DNA of 64,000 bases from Camelus dromedarius (Eukaryota). Positions 1 to 13,377 of this stretch are shown piece after piece. Location: contig NC_087436.1 in assembly GCF_036321535.1 (NCBI RefSeq), positions 25,174,001-25,238,000 on the forward strand. The letters are read 5' to 3'. The notes beneath the pieces are model-generated. The model was given only the letters and a program-made list of their open reading frames with translations. It did no database searches and was not told where the DNA came from. Every line of letters starts with the position of its first letter. Within the stretch, counting starts at the first letter, position 1. The position numbers and the translations under genes are program-made.

Positions 1-340
1 ATTTTACAATGTTGTGTCAAATTCCAGTGTAGAGCACAATTTTTCAGTTACACATGAACATGTATGTATTCATTGTCACATTTTTTTTCTCTGTGAGCCA
101 CCGTAAGATCTTGTATATATTTCCCTGTGCTATACAGTATAATCTTGTTTATCTATTCTACAATTTTGAAATCCCAGTCTCTCTTCCCACCCCCGCCTCC
201 TTGGCAACCACAAGTTTGTATTCTATGTCTGTGAGTTTATTTCTGTTTTGTGTTTATGTTTTTTGTTTTGTTTCGTTTTGTTTTGTTTTTAGATTCCACA
301 TATGAGCGATCTCATATGGTATTTTTCTTTCTCTTTCTGG
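1..340 (-). mobile_element. L1 3' UTR fragment, cut by the window edge
   Basis: Shares 'ttccctgtgctatac...tgtttatctatt...tgtctgtgagt...ttccacatat...atggtatttttctttctct' with the copy at 35.2 kb. Part of this motif set is also in the 6.3 kb copy. Confidence 0.8.
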
Positions 341-2009
341 AAGTAAGCTACTCAATGTTTTTAATGCGTTTTTGCCACTAGTAGTAGTTTGCCAGCCATG
401 CCAAAGTTTCAGAGCAGCTGCTTTTCTTTAATATTCAGTTATTCTCTATGACATTTTCAGGAAGGATGTTGACCTGAAAAGGAGATGAAACATCAAAATC
501 TACCTTGATGAGTCAGACCTTCTGTTTGATTATAAATCGTAATTAGACAATATTAAACATTATGCTATTAACTGGCATTTTTCCTTCTTGGAGGTTATGC
601 CATGAAGTTATTTTAGTTTACTCAGTTTCGTGACTAGGAAACTTCTGTTCTTAACAGCTGAGTAAGTTGCCAAGTTCTATACTCTCCAAAGAAACAAAAT
701 TTCACTTGTCATAAATGACTTATATCCTCATGTTAAACAAATCAGTGAACTACCATTGCAGAAAGCTTTTTTGATTTTATTGTTTTAAGAATGTGTTCCT
801 CTTCCTGATTATCTCGTTTTAAAATCAAACCGAATAATGCTAAGTCATTCTGAATAGCAAATTTCCTCCAACTGTGTGGGAAACTTATGACATCACATGA
901 GAAGTTGAGAGTATCACAGCTCCTTAAGGCAGACTACTCCCCTGAAACGTGACTCGCACATTCCGACGGCAAAGTTTAGCAGAAATAACTGTAGAACCTT
1001 GCTCTTACTGCAAACTTATCAGACATATACAGCTGAGAGCTCCTGTGAGCTTTTATCCTGTCCTGTGTGGCTAAGTGGCGAATGTAGAGCTCATAAGTAT
1101 GGACTTAACACTAATCTTGATTTTTATAGTCCTAGGAGTCCCTTTTTCAGCAGAGAGCTGAGAGTAGTGTTTACTTCTTTGTTAGGTCTGTTCTCATTTT
1201 AAACAATTCTGCAATACGTAAAACTTGCTATAACAAAATAATGATAAGGAAGTCTTTTGTTCCTTTTCTAACAACCAGAATTTGCCTGGGATGTGCCTTC
1301 CACTCTTTTCTGATAATCTGAATATTACTCTTCAAAGGTCAACTTAAATTCTGTCTTTTCCACAGTTAATTTCCTGTTCACTCTGGTTTATGGTATTTCT
1401 TTGCTCTCTTAATTCTTCTGAAAAATGCAGTCTCTGTTTCTCATTTGACATTTAGCATGATGTCCTGTAGTCTCCTTAATATTTCAGGCATCTGTGCTGT
1501 TTCCCTGTTAAAACTGCAAGCATTTCAAGCATATATGACCAGGTGTCACACTTTTTATAACCCCTCTACTGCTTACTTTAGTGCCCTAATTGTCAGATAT
1601 TAAATTCTTTTTGAACAAATGACCGAAAGATTAAGGTTTTAATATTTTGAATACAACATACTCAGCATTCCAGTGAGTGTACTACTTACTTAGATAGAGT
1701 GCTGGCTGGTCAGGAAGGTGGGCTTTGGAGCCTGATGTAGCTGGACTTGAGTCCCTCTTCAGCCCCGTATTGGCTAATTGTATTGGCTAATTAGCCGTGC
1801 TTTGGCTAATTGCTTAGCAGTATGATGAACATGATTGCTCCAATTGCAATAGTAGCACCAATACAGTGCTCATTCATTTATTCATTCATTCCACAAACTG
1901 CTACTGAATGGTGTATGGCCAGTTAAAGAGATCTAATGTGGAATAAGCCGCAATTTCTGTTCTCAAGTAGCTCATAATCAAATGTTACTTGAATCCCAAG
2001 AGAGCTGCC

Positions 2010-2010
<1 letters not shown>

Positions 2011-2049
<39 letters not shown>
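2011..2049. repeat. (TG)n microsatellite, about 19 units
   Basis: Direct reading of the sequence. Confidence 0.98.
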
Positions 2050-2051
<2 letters not shown>

Positions 2052-2550
2052 AGAAAAAATTACCTAGATGTATTCTAAAGCTTTTTTAAGGGGTTCATAT
2101 ATTTCTTGGTGATAATAGACTCACATTACTTGGTTGGACTTTCAAATAGAATAATGAATGACTTGAGGGGTGACAAGATACTGAGGTGCTTTAATATTTC
2201 TCTTCTATTGAAAACACCCATGGTACCTAAGTACTCATTATTAAAATTATACTTCAGATTAAGTTACTCTTGTCAGAAATAATCTGTAACACATCAGTAC
2301 ATTGCAGGGGTCATTCTATGGAGTTCACACATCACCATACAGTCAATATTTATTGGTTTTCTACTGTATGACAGACATTATACTAAACACTGAGGATAAA
2401 ATAGTGATTAAGATGGACACAGTTTTATACTTACAGACTTTCCTATGGAATAGGTTCCCTATGCTGAAGAACAGTACGTCAAGGTAGAAGAAGTTTAGTG
2501 AAGATGCTATTTTTTTTTCTGTAGTTAACCTAAATATATTTTTTTTCTAG

Positions 2551-2666
2551 CCCTGCAGCCACTGCTGTGATATCTCTGGCATTTGGACGCTACATTCTGG
2601 AACCATTTTTTATTCAATGTGAAATTCCTGAACTTGCAATCAAGCTCATTACAGCCGTGGGCATAA
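2551..2666 (+). CDS. SLC7A11: xCT coding exon 3 (116 nt): (R)[38 protein letters not shown](T)
   Basis: Acceptor ttttttctag|C and donor A|gtgagt. The translation matches xCT. TGT at 2618-2620 encodes Cys158, which forms the disulfide with 4F2hc/SLC3A2. Confidence 0.97.
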
Positions 2667-3859
2667 GTGAGTATCATAGGTGTAAATCTGAAAAAGAAAA
2701 AAAACCCACAAAAGTGACTAGAGACATAGTTTCTTCAGACTTCCTGCACGCAGAAACTGTTCCCCACATGGTATTCTTTTTGCTTACAATACCTTGCCAA
2801 AGTTGTTCTGGGAAATAAAAAAATAAGGATTTGGAGTGATCCCTGATACTATGTTACATGCCAGTTTTGCACTGGGTCAATAGATATGATGGCTGATCTT
2901 TTTAAATAGGCAAACAAAAGCACCTTGTTAGTAAAATAGTAACTGGATTGCACATTTAAAAAAAGACTTTTACAAAAGAAAACCCAATTTTTAATTGATT
3001 TTCTGAATTAGAAATTATCCTTCCTTGGTAGTAACGTGTAGAACTGTAACACACGTATCCTTGTGGAGTGATGATTCTGTGTTGAGTGTGTTGTGCTCAC
3101 ACATTTCCTAGTGTTAACGTCTGTCACTCTCATTATGCTTTATGATTTTAACTGTCCATCAATGATCATGATAAGAGTCTTCTTTCAATATTTGATTATT
3201 AGTAGCATTTCTCAACTAGGAGTTTTCTTTACGGTCTCCAAATTAGGAAGTTGTTCATTTCATTAATGGGCACAGATACTAGAACTTTTTTTTTTTTTTT
3301 TAAAAAGGAAATAAAAAAGAAGAACATGCACAACATTACATATGTGGTGTGAAGACAAATATGACTCTAATTTCCTAATACAAGAGTCTAGATTCCAGAG
3401 CCTTGAATATGATGGGAAATGATTACTAAATTGTAGATACTGTTTGAATCACTGTTTTAGGAATCAATATGATTCCATCTGATTAAATTTGAACTACTTG
3501 GAAAGAGACAGCTACACAGGAATAACTGAATTGCAAACTCAGGAATGAAATTTTAGTTATAGATGGCTGAGGTGTTTCGATAGAGCAGTAAAGAAAGAGA
3601 TGAACAATTACCAATGGAGAAATGAGTGGTTAGTTAGCAGGAAAAAGTTAGGAATTACACATAATGCATCTCTAGTGTTAAGTACATGTATTTCTGAACT
3701 TAAACAGGTTCATCCTGGATTTCACCCTTAATCCAAGAAACATATACACATAATTGTTCTGTGAAGTCTCTAAAGAAAGACAAAGAAAAATACTGGAATT
3801 AGATATTTCTAAGTTCTGGAGTGGTGATGGTGTACTTGATTCATCTTGTCCTTAACACA

Positions 3860-4050
3860 CACTACAGATGTGAGACGTGGGGACAAGTCACTTAACCTTT
3901 CTGCACCAGTGTTCTTATCTGTAAATCATGCTCGGTCTTATAAGGTGTCTTGTCAGGATTTAATGATATTAAAAGAGACGATGTATATAAAGTGTTTTGG
4001 GTAATGCCAGAAATTTTTAGAGAACAAATTACAAATGATAGCTATTTATA
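3860..4050 (+). mobile_element. MIR SINE remnant
   Basis: MIR core-like 'tgtgagacgtggggacaagtcacttaacctttctgcaccagtgttcttatctgtaaa'. Confidence 0.7.
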
Positions 4051-4357
4051 CCCTTGTGGGAAAACATCATTGGAAGTTCCATGAGACCAGGGGCTCATTC
4101 TCTGTACTATTTCCAACCCTTCACATAGCTCCTAATATGTTGTTTGTGCTCAAGAAATATTTGTTGACAACTGATTTTCTATGAGAAGAGGTCTAATAAT
4201 TTTTCTCTAGTCGAGAAGCCAGTGGAATGTCTGCATATTGAACTTGGAGAATGACACATCCTCAAGTTTCTCAGGCAGCAGGAAATTGGTGGTAAATGAA
4301 ATAGACTTTGCTTGATGTGATATTCAGATCTAACACCATGAATTTTTGAACCATCTT

Positions 4358-4600
4358 AGCATAGTGGTTATAGCTCAGGCTCTGGAGGCAAACAACCTGG
4401 AATTGAAATTCTGTGCCATAGTTTCTTAGTTATGTGATTTGGGGGGCCAACTATTGAACCTCTTTAAGCCTCAGTTTTTTTATTGGTAAAATACCTGTGA
4501 AAAGATAATTTATCTTGAATGACTGGAAGGATGAAATTAGTCAGATTTGTAAGACCTTGAGCAGAGTGCCTTTCCCAAAGAAAGTTCTTGATAAATCTGG
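4358..4600 (+). mobile_element. MIR SINE remnant
   Basis: 'agcatagtggttatagctcaggctctggaggcaaac...tgtgatttggg...aacctctttaagcctcagtttt'. Confidence 0.75.
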
Positions 4601-6088
4601 TGTTCCTCTAAGGGGTCGGATCAGTAGCAATTGCTGTACCCATTATATTCTTGTCCCTCAACTGACTGAGGCAGAATTATTATATTCAAAAAGAGAAAGG
4701 TAGGGGTAGCATTTTTTGAGAGTTCTGTGAATTGCCAGTAAAGGTTACTCATTAAAAGCTACTACAGCAAACTTTCAGTAGATATTATATAAATATTTAC
4801 AGATCCACAGCTTGGACTGAGATAGACTTGAAATGAGATGGATAATGATAACATATTACTATTTGGGGAAGTCTAAATGACTTCTTATTTATCCCAATTC
4901 TACTAAACTTTTTAAAGGGAAAATTTGTATTTTAGAAGAGTAAATGGAAACCGTTCAAACCAAATTTGAAAACAATTATAGGTAGGGCTGATAAAGTATG
5001 TTGCAGTTTATTTACAAAACTCCTGCAGTAGAGATTGGTGATAGACTAGATAGCAGACAGCCTGAGGAAATCTTGGATTAACCTAGACAGGTCCTTCTAT
5101 TTTTGCCATTAGTTACAACATGAGTTTACAAATTTTGATGTTTCTTTTGCAAGCTTGAGTCTCTGAGGAAATATGTTCCTAGGATCAGAAGCACTAAAAG
5201 AGGAAGCTGGCTATGCTTATGACTCAGTGGTAGATAATGTAAATCAGTGGTCTAATTGGGGATGCCAGACTGTCTCTGAAAAGAATTTAGCTTTAATGGA
5301 GCAACAGTAGGTGGAGATGGAGATAGAGAAGGAGAAACGAACCTGGGGGCAAATCTCTCACATTCTGCAGCTTTCAAAGTGAGGAGAGGGGTAGAAGGTT
5401 AGTGAGATAGAGAGAAGAGAGTTGAATGGTATGAACTGCTTCCCTGTCTTCCCTACAGGGGAAGGAAACAGTTTGTAGGAGCTTGAATTCTTTCGTTCAA
5501 GTACAGAAAATGAGCAAACCTTGAAGGACCTGGTTATAATCAAATCATAGAGAAAAAGAACTTCAAGGTTGGTGAAATGTGAACCAACTATTTAAGAAAT
5601 CAGAGTAGGGTGGGCGTTGGGAGTTACTAAATACTAATTTGCCCCCTGCCTTTAATGTACTCTTTTTCATTTGCATCAAATTAATAAAAATTAAGAGTTT
5701 TTGCTTATCCAGAATCCTGTCCATTCTGGTAGACATGTCAGACACTTGAAAGTTTAACAGGGAATCTTAGATATTCACCCGTCAACTCACCTCTAGCCCA
5801 GTACTGTTATGACTCCCTTTGTCTTCTATGGAACTTCATGAACTTTCACTCTCCTTGTAGCTTCAGTAAGCATTGAAATATGTTCAGTATTTAAAATGAT
5901 ATCTAGTCTTTTGTTCTGGTCTCCTGAAACTAGACCCTATGTAAGTATACCTTTGAATGGCAGAATATTATAGTAAAAATATTTTCCTTACAATGTGAGA
6001 TCTACTCCCAGAAGCATCCCTAACTTCTCTGAGTCTCAACTTTCTTGCTAGTTTAGTTTATGTAGGTGAGTAAAGAGCCCTATCTTCT

Positions 6089-6809
6089 GTTTAATTAATT
6101 AATTAATGTTAACACCTTAATTGTGGTATGGTTCCTGTACAATAAACTACTCATATTTCAGATGTACAGTTTGATGAATTTTGATAAATGATACACCCAT
6201 GAAACCACCACCACAATCAAGATACCTGACATTTCCATCACTCCCTAAGAGGTGCAATTTTTGTGTTCCCAATTTATCCCTTCCCACCCCCTTTAGCCTC
6301 TGGTAATCATAAGTTTGTTCTTTTTGTCTGTGAGTCTATTTCTGCTTTTGTAGATAAGTTCCTTTGGGTCCTTTTTTTAAGATTCCACATACAAGCAATA
6401 TCATATGGCATTTTCTTTCTCTTTCTGGCTTACTTTACTTAGAATGATGATCTCCAGGTCCATCCATTTTGCTGCAAATGGCATTTTTATTCTTTTTTAT
6501 GGCTGAGTAGTATTCTGTTGTATAAATATACTGTAACTTCTTTATCTAGTCATCTATCAATGGACATTTGAGTTGTTTCCATGTCTTGGCTATTGTAACT
6601 AGTGCTGCTGTGAAATTTGGGGCACATGTGTCTTTTTGAAATGTATTTTTCTATGGATATATGCCCAGGGGTGGGATTGCTGGATGATATGGTAAGTCTA
6701 TTTTTAGTTTTTTAAGGAACTTCCATACTGTCCTCCATAGTGGCCGCAAATTTACATTCCTACCAACAGTGTAGGAGGGTTCCTTTTTCTTCACACCCTC
6801 TCCAGCATT
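6089..6809 (-). mobile_element. 5'-truncated L1 insertion with a 14-bp target-site duplication, inside a MIR-like remnant
   Basis: GAGCCCTATCTTCT at 6075-6088 and 6810-6823. L1 ORF2-end/3' UTR sequence such as 'ttttttatggctgagtagtattc' and 'gggattgctggat' lies between them. Confidence 0.85.
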
Positions 6810-8782
6810 GAGCCCTATCTTCTTCTCTTAACTTGTGGGCATAATTAGGGGAAGCGAACAAAATAACACTTGTGATTGCATTGTGAGGAACAAAATAACC
6901 ATCTCTACAAGAGCATTACTGTATTTTCTTTTCTAAAATTGTGTTTTCCTGGCATCATTAAATTACATGAAAGAAAACCTAGGACCGGTTCTGGGCTAGC
7001 ATTTCAAATATTGCATGTGGAGCGGCTCTGTTTAAGTCTTCTGAAGTCTGGCTATCCCTACTCCTTTTCTACCGAAACTAAATACCATGACAACCAATTC
7101 TTAGGTAGAGAAACATAGTACTGAAGTAAACAAGGACTGCAGAACAACAACCATACCCTTCATAAGGGTGACAAATGAAATGTGGAACCAGTGTGTCCTG
7201 AAGTCCCAGCCAAGATAAACATGAACCTTAGCAGGGACGAAGAGCCACCAGGAGTTTGGAAGAAATAGATATGCTAGTGAGATCATATAGGTCTTTTGAA
7301 CTACTTCCTCATTGTTACCTGTGAGGGAGGGGTCAAAAGAGTGGACTAGAAAATCAGTTTACTTGGCCCGGATCCTATCTTCACACTTACCTCTGAGAAC
7401 ATAGGCAAGTTAAGTAGTGTACGGATTTTCAGCTGCTCATCTGAAAGATAACGCCAATAATGGTAACCATGTCCCAGAGACATGAGGATTAAATAACATT
7501 ATCCATGTAAGGATTACATTTATTGAATGCTTACCATTTTTATTCTGAATAGTGAGATCCTAGATATAGTCTCTCTGTTCTGTAAAGGTTTTTTTGGCTA
7601 CACAACTTCTCTGAAATTAATGCATCCAGGAAGTGAATGCGAACAAAAAGAGAAAGGCAACCCAGGCAGCTGTCACAAAGAACAGTGGAACAACTCACTT
7701 TAGCTCAACCATACGGTGCACATATATTTTGCCAGTTTAGCACAAAGCAGAAGTCAGAAGCCAAGGAGAGCCTGTACCTGGGAGAAAACCCAGTATATCC
7801 AGGCTCAGTAATCTCACTCTGCAAAACAAAAGACAGACTTGAATTACGGAAATGCAGAAAGAAATAACTTGCCAATCCTTAAATCACTGCATCGGTTCTT
7901 AACACTCCTCTAAACATCCACTTCACATGCAGCTCCCTTCCATATGCATTTCTGATCACCGGGATGTATCCATATAGCTTTCATTGCTGCCTTTCACTTC
8001 CTAAGAAACTGAATCATTACTGGGTAAATAAAAACTGTATGTCCCTCTAGTTTCAATTTGGTAACATATAATGCAAGCAAAAAAATAATAGTAATAAGCC
8101 TAAGTTGATACAAGTAATTTCTAATGTGCGAAATTACCAATTATTATTCAAAGGAAGTAAAATTAGGAGGAGGAAGGCTTACTCAGATTTCTTTGATTAC
8201 AATGGGTATAGATAGTATATAAAAAACAAAGTAGATATTATTTGTTTCAGAAATTCCGAAAGCTCTTGCATTTAGTGAATCCCAAATCCCTTTTCAATAT
8301 TGTTGGATAAGTAACATACATAGACTTAAATTTCTCTGTAAAAACACGTTATGAAACAGCAGTTCCAGCCACTTGAGGACCTTCACGGTGCCTCTGTACT
8401 GACTGCCTTGTTACCTGTTAAGCTGTATTCCTCAGGGTCAGAGAGGTACATCTCATCTGGAATTTGGCATACCAAATAATGAGGGTGCTGTCTGGATGCT
8501 CAGATAAAGCAGGGTTTTGGGAAACCTTTGAGAGAAATCAGTTTTAACCAGAATTTTTATTTCCGTTGTCTGAGAGGAAAACAAGGTGAGATTATCAAGG
8601 CATAATATTTGTTCGATTTTTGTTTTCCATTTTTCTAAGAAAACTTTATGAAATATAAAAGAAAATTCTTCAGATTCATTTTTTTTCCATTTCATCAGGC
8701 ATTAAGTTCATACGTGCTTTATGAAAGTAACAAACCCTCTTTTCTCTTCCCAAATACATAGAGGCTCCAAATATGAGAATGC

Positions 8783-8931
8783 CTTTCTCTTTCCTCTCCC
8801 TCCCTCACCCCTCCCTCCGCCTGTCCGTTTCTCCCCTCCTTTCTTTCCTTCCTTCCCTCCCTCTCTCCCTCCCTCCCTCCCTCCCTCTTTTCCTTTTCCC
8901 CCTTCCTTCCTCCCTTTTCTCCCTCCCTCTC
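8783..8931. repeat. Polypyrimidine low-complexity tract, (CCCT)n/(CCTT)n
   Basis: Direct reading. It accounts for the spurious P/S/F-rich and G/R/K/E-rich ORFs here. Confidence 0.95.
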
Positions 8932-10805
8932 TGTACAACAGCTCTTTCCTGTTGTGGAGTACTTTCAGAAAGTGTTTGGCATTTTAGGAGCTCTGTTCAA
9001 AAGAAAACAGTGCTCTTTTGTTGGTGGTGGGAACATGAGTCCAATTATTTTCAGACCAGTGCTGAATCTCCTTAACTAAAAACATAATCCCTTTCATATG
9101 ATGACTCATTATCACAGAGTCATTTGCATAGAAAAAGGAAAAGAATCACTGGATGATGAAGATGAAGCAGAGATGCATTAAATTATTTTCAACATGTAAG
9201 TGCTTTATATAGGGGAGAGGAAAATAATTTCATTTTCTATTTTTCCACTGATAAAATAATGCACTGGGCTATTGACAATGGGTCTGTCTATTTCTTCATG
9301 TTTTCAGCTTCAAAGATAAAATATTTCCCTTAGCCTCCCATGTAGCTTTATTTAGGGCTCCAGCCTTTCTAATTATTCTCATCAATTACTCCTTCAAAAC
9401 ATTTCTTCATTAGTAACCCCCTGTTTAACTTTGTATGGGATCTATTGGTCCCTTATTCTTCCCATCTTAGAATTTTTTTCAGAAATGAAAGTTGCTTTTG
9501 TTGATTTTTGTTACTTAATGCTTCATGTTCATTATAAAAATTATTAAAATACTGTAGAAAAATAAATTTTAAAACTTGAAAATTATTCAGATTTCTATCA
9601 TCTGTAGACACCTTCTGTTAATGTTTTGGTAAACACTCTTTCAGAATTTTTCCTGTCCTTTTTTCTCTTTGCGTCTTTATCAGTCCATTATGCCTCTGTA
9701 ATTTGCTGTATTGGTTAGTAATATGTCACGAACACACTTCTGTGTAATAAATGTTTAACTTCTTCAGGGGTCTAGGTTATTTAAAATTTTTTACTATTAT
9801 ATATCATGTGTTGATAACATTTGAACCAATTCTTAAATTATGAAATGAACTAATGATACATCTGGCAATGGAAACACTGACAATCACTCATTACTGTACA
9901 TATGGAAAACTCCCTATCGCAACTTGAATTATAAGAATTCTACAAGTGTTTTGTCCCCTGAGAGGTCTCTTCATACATTTTTGGTATTTGTTTCAGGGAA
10001 ATACACCTTTTTAAAAATAAAGCTTACAGATAATAACTATAAATGTCAGATATGAAGTAGCTTTTTTGAGGGGGTGGGTATGAAGTAGTAACACTAAGCG
10101 TAAGGTTTTGGAAAGAGCATAAAGTTGAAATCCACTATCTAGAATAACTCAGTCATTGCAGCAGAGTATAGGAGGCAGGGTATGACAGTATCACCCTTTA
10201 TTCATGCCTTCTTGACTGAAGGTAGGGTTTTTTGTTTGTTTTTTTGTTTTTTGTTTTTTAAGCTGGCGACCCAGCTCAATTCATTTATTCAAGAAAACTG
10301 TGTTGATTATCTTCCTGGGGCAGATATGAAGCTGGATACTAGCAATACAGGGATGGATGATGCTTGTTCTGTCCTCACGGTGCTCATGGTTCACAGTGGG
10401 GAGAGGGGCAGTGGATAGTTGTACTGCTCAGAACACTGCAGACAGCATCAAGACAGGGAAATTCTGCTGGCCTCGGACCCAATGTGCATCCTGCTCGGGG
10501 AACTCTTTTGAATTTATCACTTACAACCTTTTTTCAAGTCCCAAAACATATCTTTAGAGTAGGTTCAAAGTCACTCCTTGCTGTGCTAATTGTAAAGTGG
10601 AGAGGAATTGCAAAAACTGCTGGCTAAGGCTAGTCCTGAGAGGGAAGAATAAGGTCCCAGCCATCTTCTCAACATACTGTCCCTTCTTGAGTGTGATCCC
10701 AGTTCTTGTGTGTGATCCCAGGCTGGCAGGTGAATACGCCTGCAATCATGGAGCAAGGAAGTAGTTGCCTGCTGTATAAAGCTGAAGAGTTACATTCAGC
10801 AATCT

Positions 10806-11281
10806 TGTAACTGAGCAGGACCCTGTGGGACCTTCCTGGGACAGACCCCTCCCCCATATCCTCTGCTGTAGCTCCTCTCTGAAGTACCCAGGTAATAGTG
10901 TCTCATGTGTATTTCCTAAGTTTTTTACATGCTAAAAACCACTACCAAAGGGTAGAAATTAACTACTTGATGATTGAGAGCACATAGCACCCAGACTTTC
11001 TGGCGCCAAGGGGTTGATAGTGTTGACTGCCCTCTTACCTCATCGTCAACCAATCAGAGGATTGTGCATGAACTGATCACAAGCTCTGTGTTCCCCTCCC
11101 TTACTTGGCCTTTAAATATGCTTTGCTGAAACCCTTTGAGAAGTCTAGGGTTTTCTTGGCCATGAACCACCCAGTCCCCCTTGCCGGGCCCTGCAATCAA
11201 CCTTTCTCTGCTCCGAACTCCAACGTTTTGGTTTCTTGGGCCTCACGGAGCATCAGGCACACAAATTTGCATTTGGTAATA
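10806..11281 (+). mobile_element. Solo ERV (probably ERV1-class) LTR, sense to the gene
   Basis: Termini TGTAAC...GGTAATA (degenerate TG...CA). CCAAT box near 11050, TATA-like TTTAAATA at 11111 and a polyA-site position reading AATCAA at 11195-11200. Flanks atct/attt may be a decayed 4-bp TSD. Confidence 0.75.
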
Positions 11282-11423
11282 ATTTGACTGCATGTGATGA
11301 CTTAAGAAGTTGCTTAGAAGGTTTTATTATAGGATTGTTGGGGCAGTACCTTTTTGTCCCTTCTTATTGACATATATAGAGAACAGAATGAGTGATAACT
11401 TCTTACTGTCTGCAGGTTTTATC

Positions 11424-11588
11424 CAAGCTTCTCAAACTTCAATGTGCATAAAAATCACCTAGAGATCTTATTGAAATGCATATTTGTAGTTCTTAGGTCG
11501 GGGAGGTGCCTGAGATTCTGCATTTCTAAAATGCTTCCAGGTAATGCCAACACTGCTGGTTCACTGATGGCACCTCGAGTAGCCAGGA
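11424..11588. mobile_element. MER5A-like hAT-Charlie DNA transposon remnant
   Basis: 'ttctcaaactt...aatcacctagagatcttattgaaatgca...cctgagattctgcatttctaa...ccaggtaatgcc'. Confidence 0.75.
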
Positions 11589-11649
11589 CCTAAGGTGTCT
11601 TCATGCCGACGAGGATTTGCCTTTTGTAACTTCATCTGTTTCTTTGTAG

Positions 11650-11775
11650 CCGTGGTGATGGTCCTAAATAGCATGAGTGTCAGCTGGAGCGCCCGGATCC
11701 AGATTTTTCTAACCTTTTGCAAGCTCACAGCAATTCTGATAATTATAGTCCCTGGAGTGATGCAGCTAATTAAAG
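11650..11775 (+). CDS. SLC7A11: xCT coding exon 4 (126 nt): [41 protein letters not shown](G)
   Basis: Acceptor tctttgtag|C and donor AAG|gtatgg. Phase 1-1, in frame with exon 3. Includes the Q191 and K198 equivalents. Confidence 0.97.
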
Positions 11776-13377
11776 GTATGGACTGAAAAGTAAATGCTTT
11801 TTAAAATACGTATCTGCTGTTGGTCTCTTCTAACACTAACTTTTGCTTGTTCTAGCAGAATCCCTTAATTAGTCTCTCTGCTCATGGAACTTACACTCTA
11901 TACTGTCATCTAATTGATTTGAAAGCCTGCAACCCTGGGGAGTGGGTTGGTATAATGGCAACAAGAGGATTAAGACTGGGCCAAGCAACAAAATAAGGCA
12001 TCAGTGAATTTTCTCTCAGTATAAACTGTTCGTAGTGAAAACTCAAAGTAGGAAAAAAAATAAGCTGTTAGTTTTAACTATAGATAAATATGTCCACTTA
12101 TTTCTACTTTAAAGTAGTTCAGCAATAGTATTAAAGATTAGAGAGAAAAAGGCATCTGAAAATACTGAAACATGATGAATAATTTACTTTATGATTATTA
12201 TTCCTTTTACCTTGAGGATGAAATCTGGGCAGAGACAGTCCAATATGGGAATAGCATTCCTAAAATAACAAATACCATCTGACAATAAAAATAGTTGTAA
12301 AAAATTTTTTTATTGTTACATTATTTTTAATGTAAAATCTACATTTCTGCAGAAATGTAATACCATTTTCTGGGATTATTTGCCTTATAGAGTTGTCTAT
12401 TAAGTAATAAAAGATGAGAAGGGTGAGGATGATGTCATTTAGAGTGTCAGTTGTTCTAGGGAAGAAGGCACACGCAATTGCTTGCATTCAGGGGAAACTG
12501 TTGGAAGAGAAGGAGGACCAGGTGAGTTACTCAATGAGCAATGGATGCAGTGAGATGAAATTGTAAAGAAGTGACTTACAAGTTGTGCATGTTAAGTATT
12601 TAATGTTTACATTGATATTGTCTGATCCAAGAACAGGATTTTATAGAGAAGTTTAATGAAGTTGCAGAAGATGAATTACACAAGGCAAAACGAAATGCCA
12701 AAATTCAGCAAAACCTTTGCTGGTGGTAGAGGCATTAAACAATAACAAACGTGGAAAGATTCGTCACTCTAGCTGGGGAAAGGGAGCTGCTGCTGTCCAT
12801 TTAATAAGCCTAGTGGGAGATCTTAGAACTCTCCTGGCTAAATGTTTGCATTAAATCCAGCAACCTCAGCCAACTCAAAATAAACACGGTGGAGATTTTT
12901 TATGCTATGGCTTATACTGAAGGGAAGACGTGAGCTCATTCTTGTAATTCACATTGGAGTAGGCCTCCGTAGAGCTGGCCTGCTCATATTTTATCTGATC
13001 CATTAGAAATGTAGGGAAATAGTCTGTTTTGTTACTGCTTTCCTTTTCTGGGCCAACTCTTAAGACTTCTGTAAGAAATTTCTTCCATTTTTGGAAAGTG
13101 TAGAAACTCTGGTCATTGACCCATCTTTTCCTCTAGTTTGGGTTCCAAAAGATGATGCACTATCCTTTAAGACAAAGATTTTTTCTTTCTTTTTTTCTTT
13201 TTGATGTAATGTAAGACTGTAGTCAATTTTTACCACTTATTTATATATGTGGGTAAGGTGAGGTGGGTTTTCCCAAATGTTACTGAATTGTAAATTTCGT
13301 GAGAGCAGAGGTCATGATATATCTTTTGGATTTTTTTTTGGACATTTGCAATAGGATGATTCTTTAATACCTACATT

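Noticed and set aside
8708..9075. Proline/serine-rich and glycine/lysine-rich ORFs
   Set aside because: They are translations of the CT-rich simple repeat.
10684..10721. 19-bp tandem duplication (TTCTTGwGTGTGATCCCAG twice)
   Set aside because: An ordinary slippage duplication with no supporting context.
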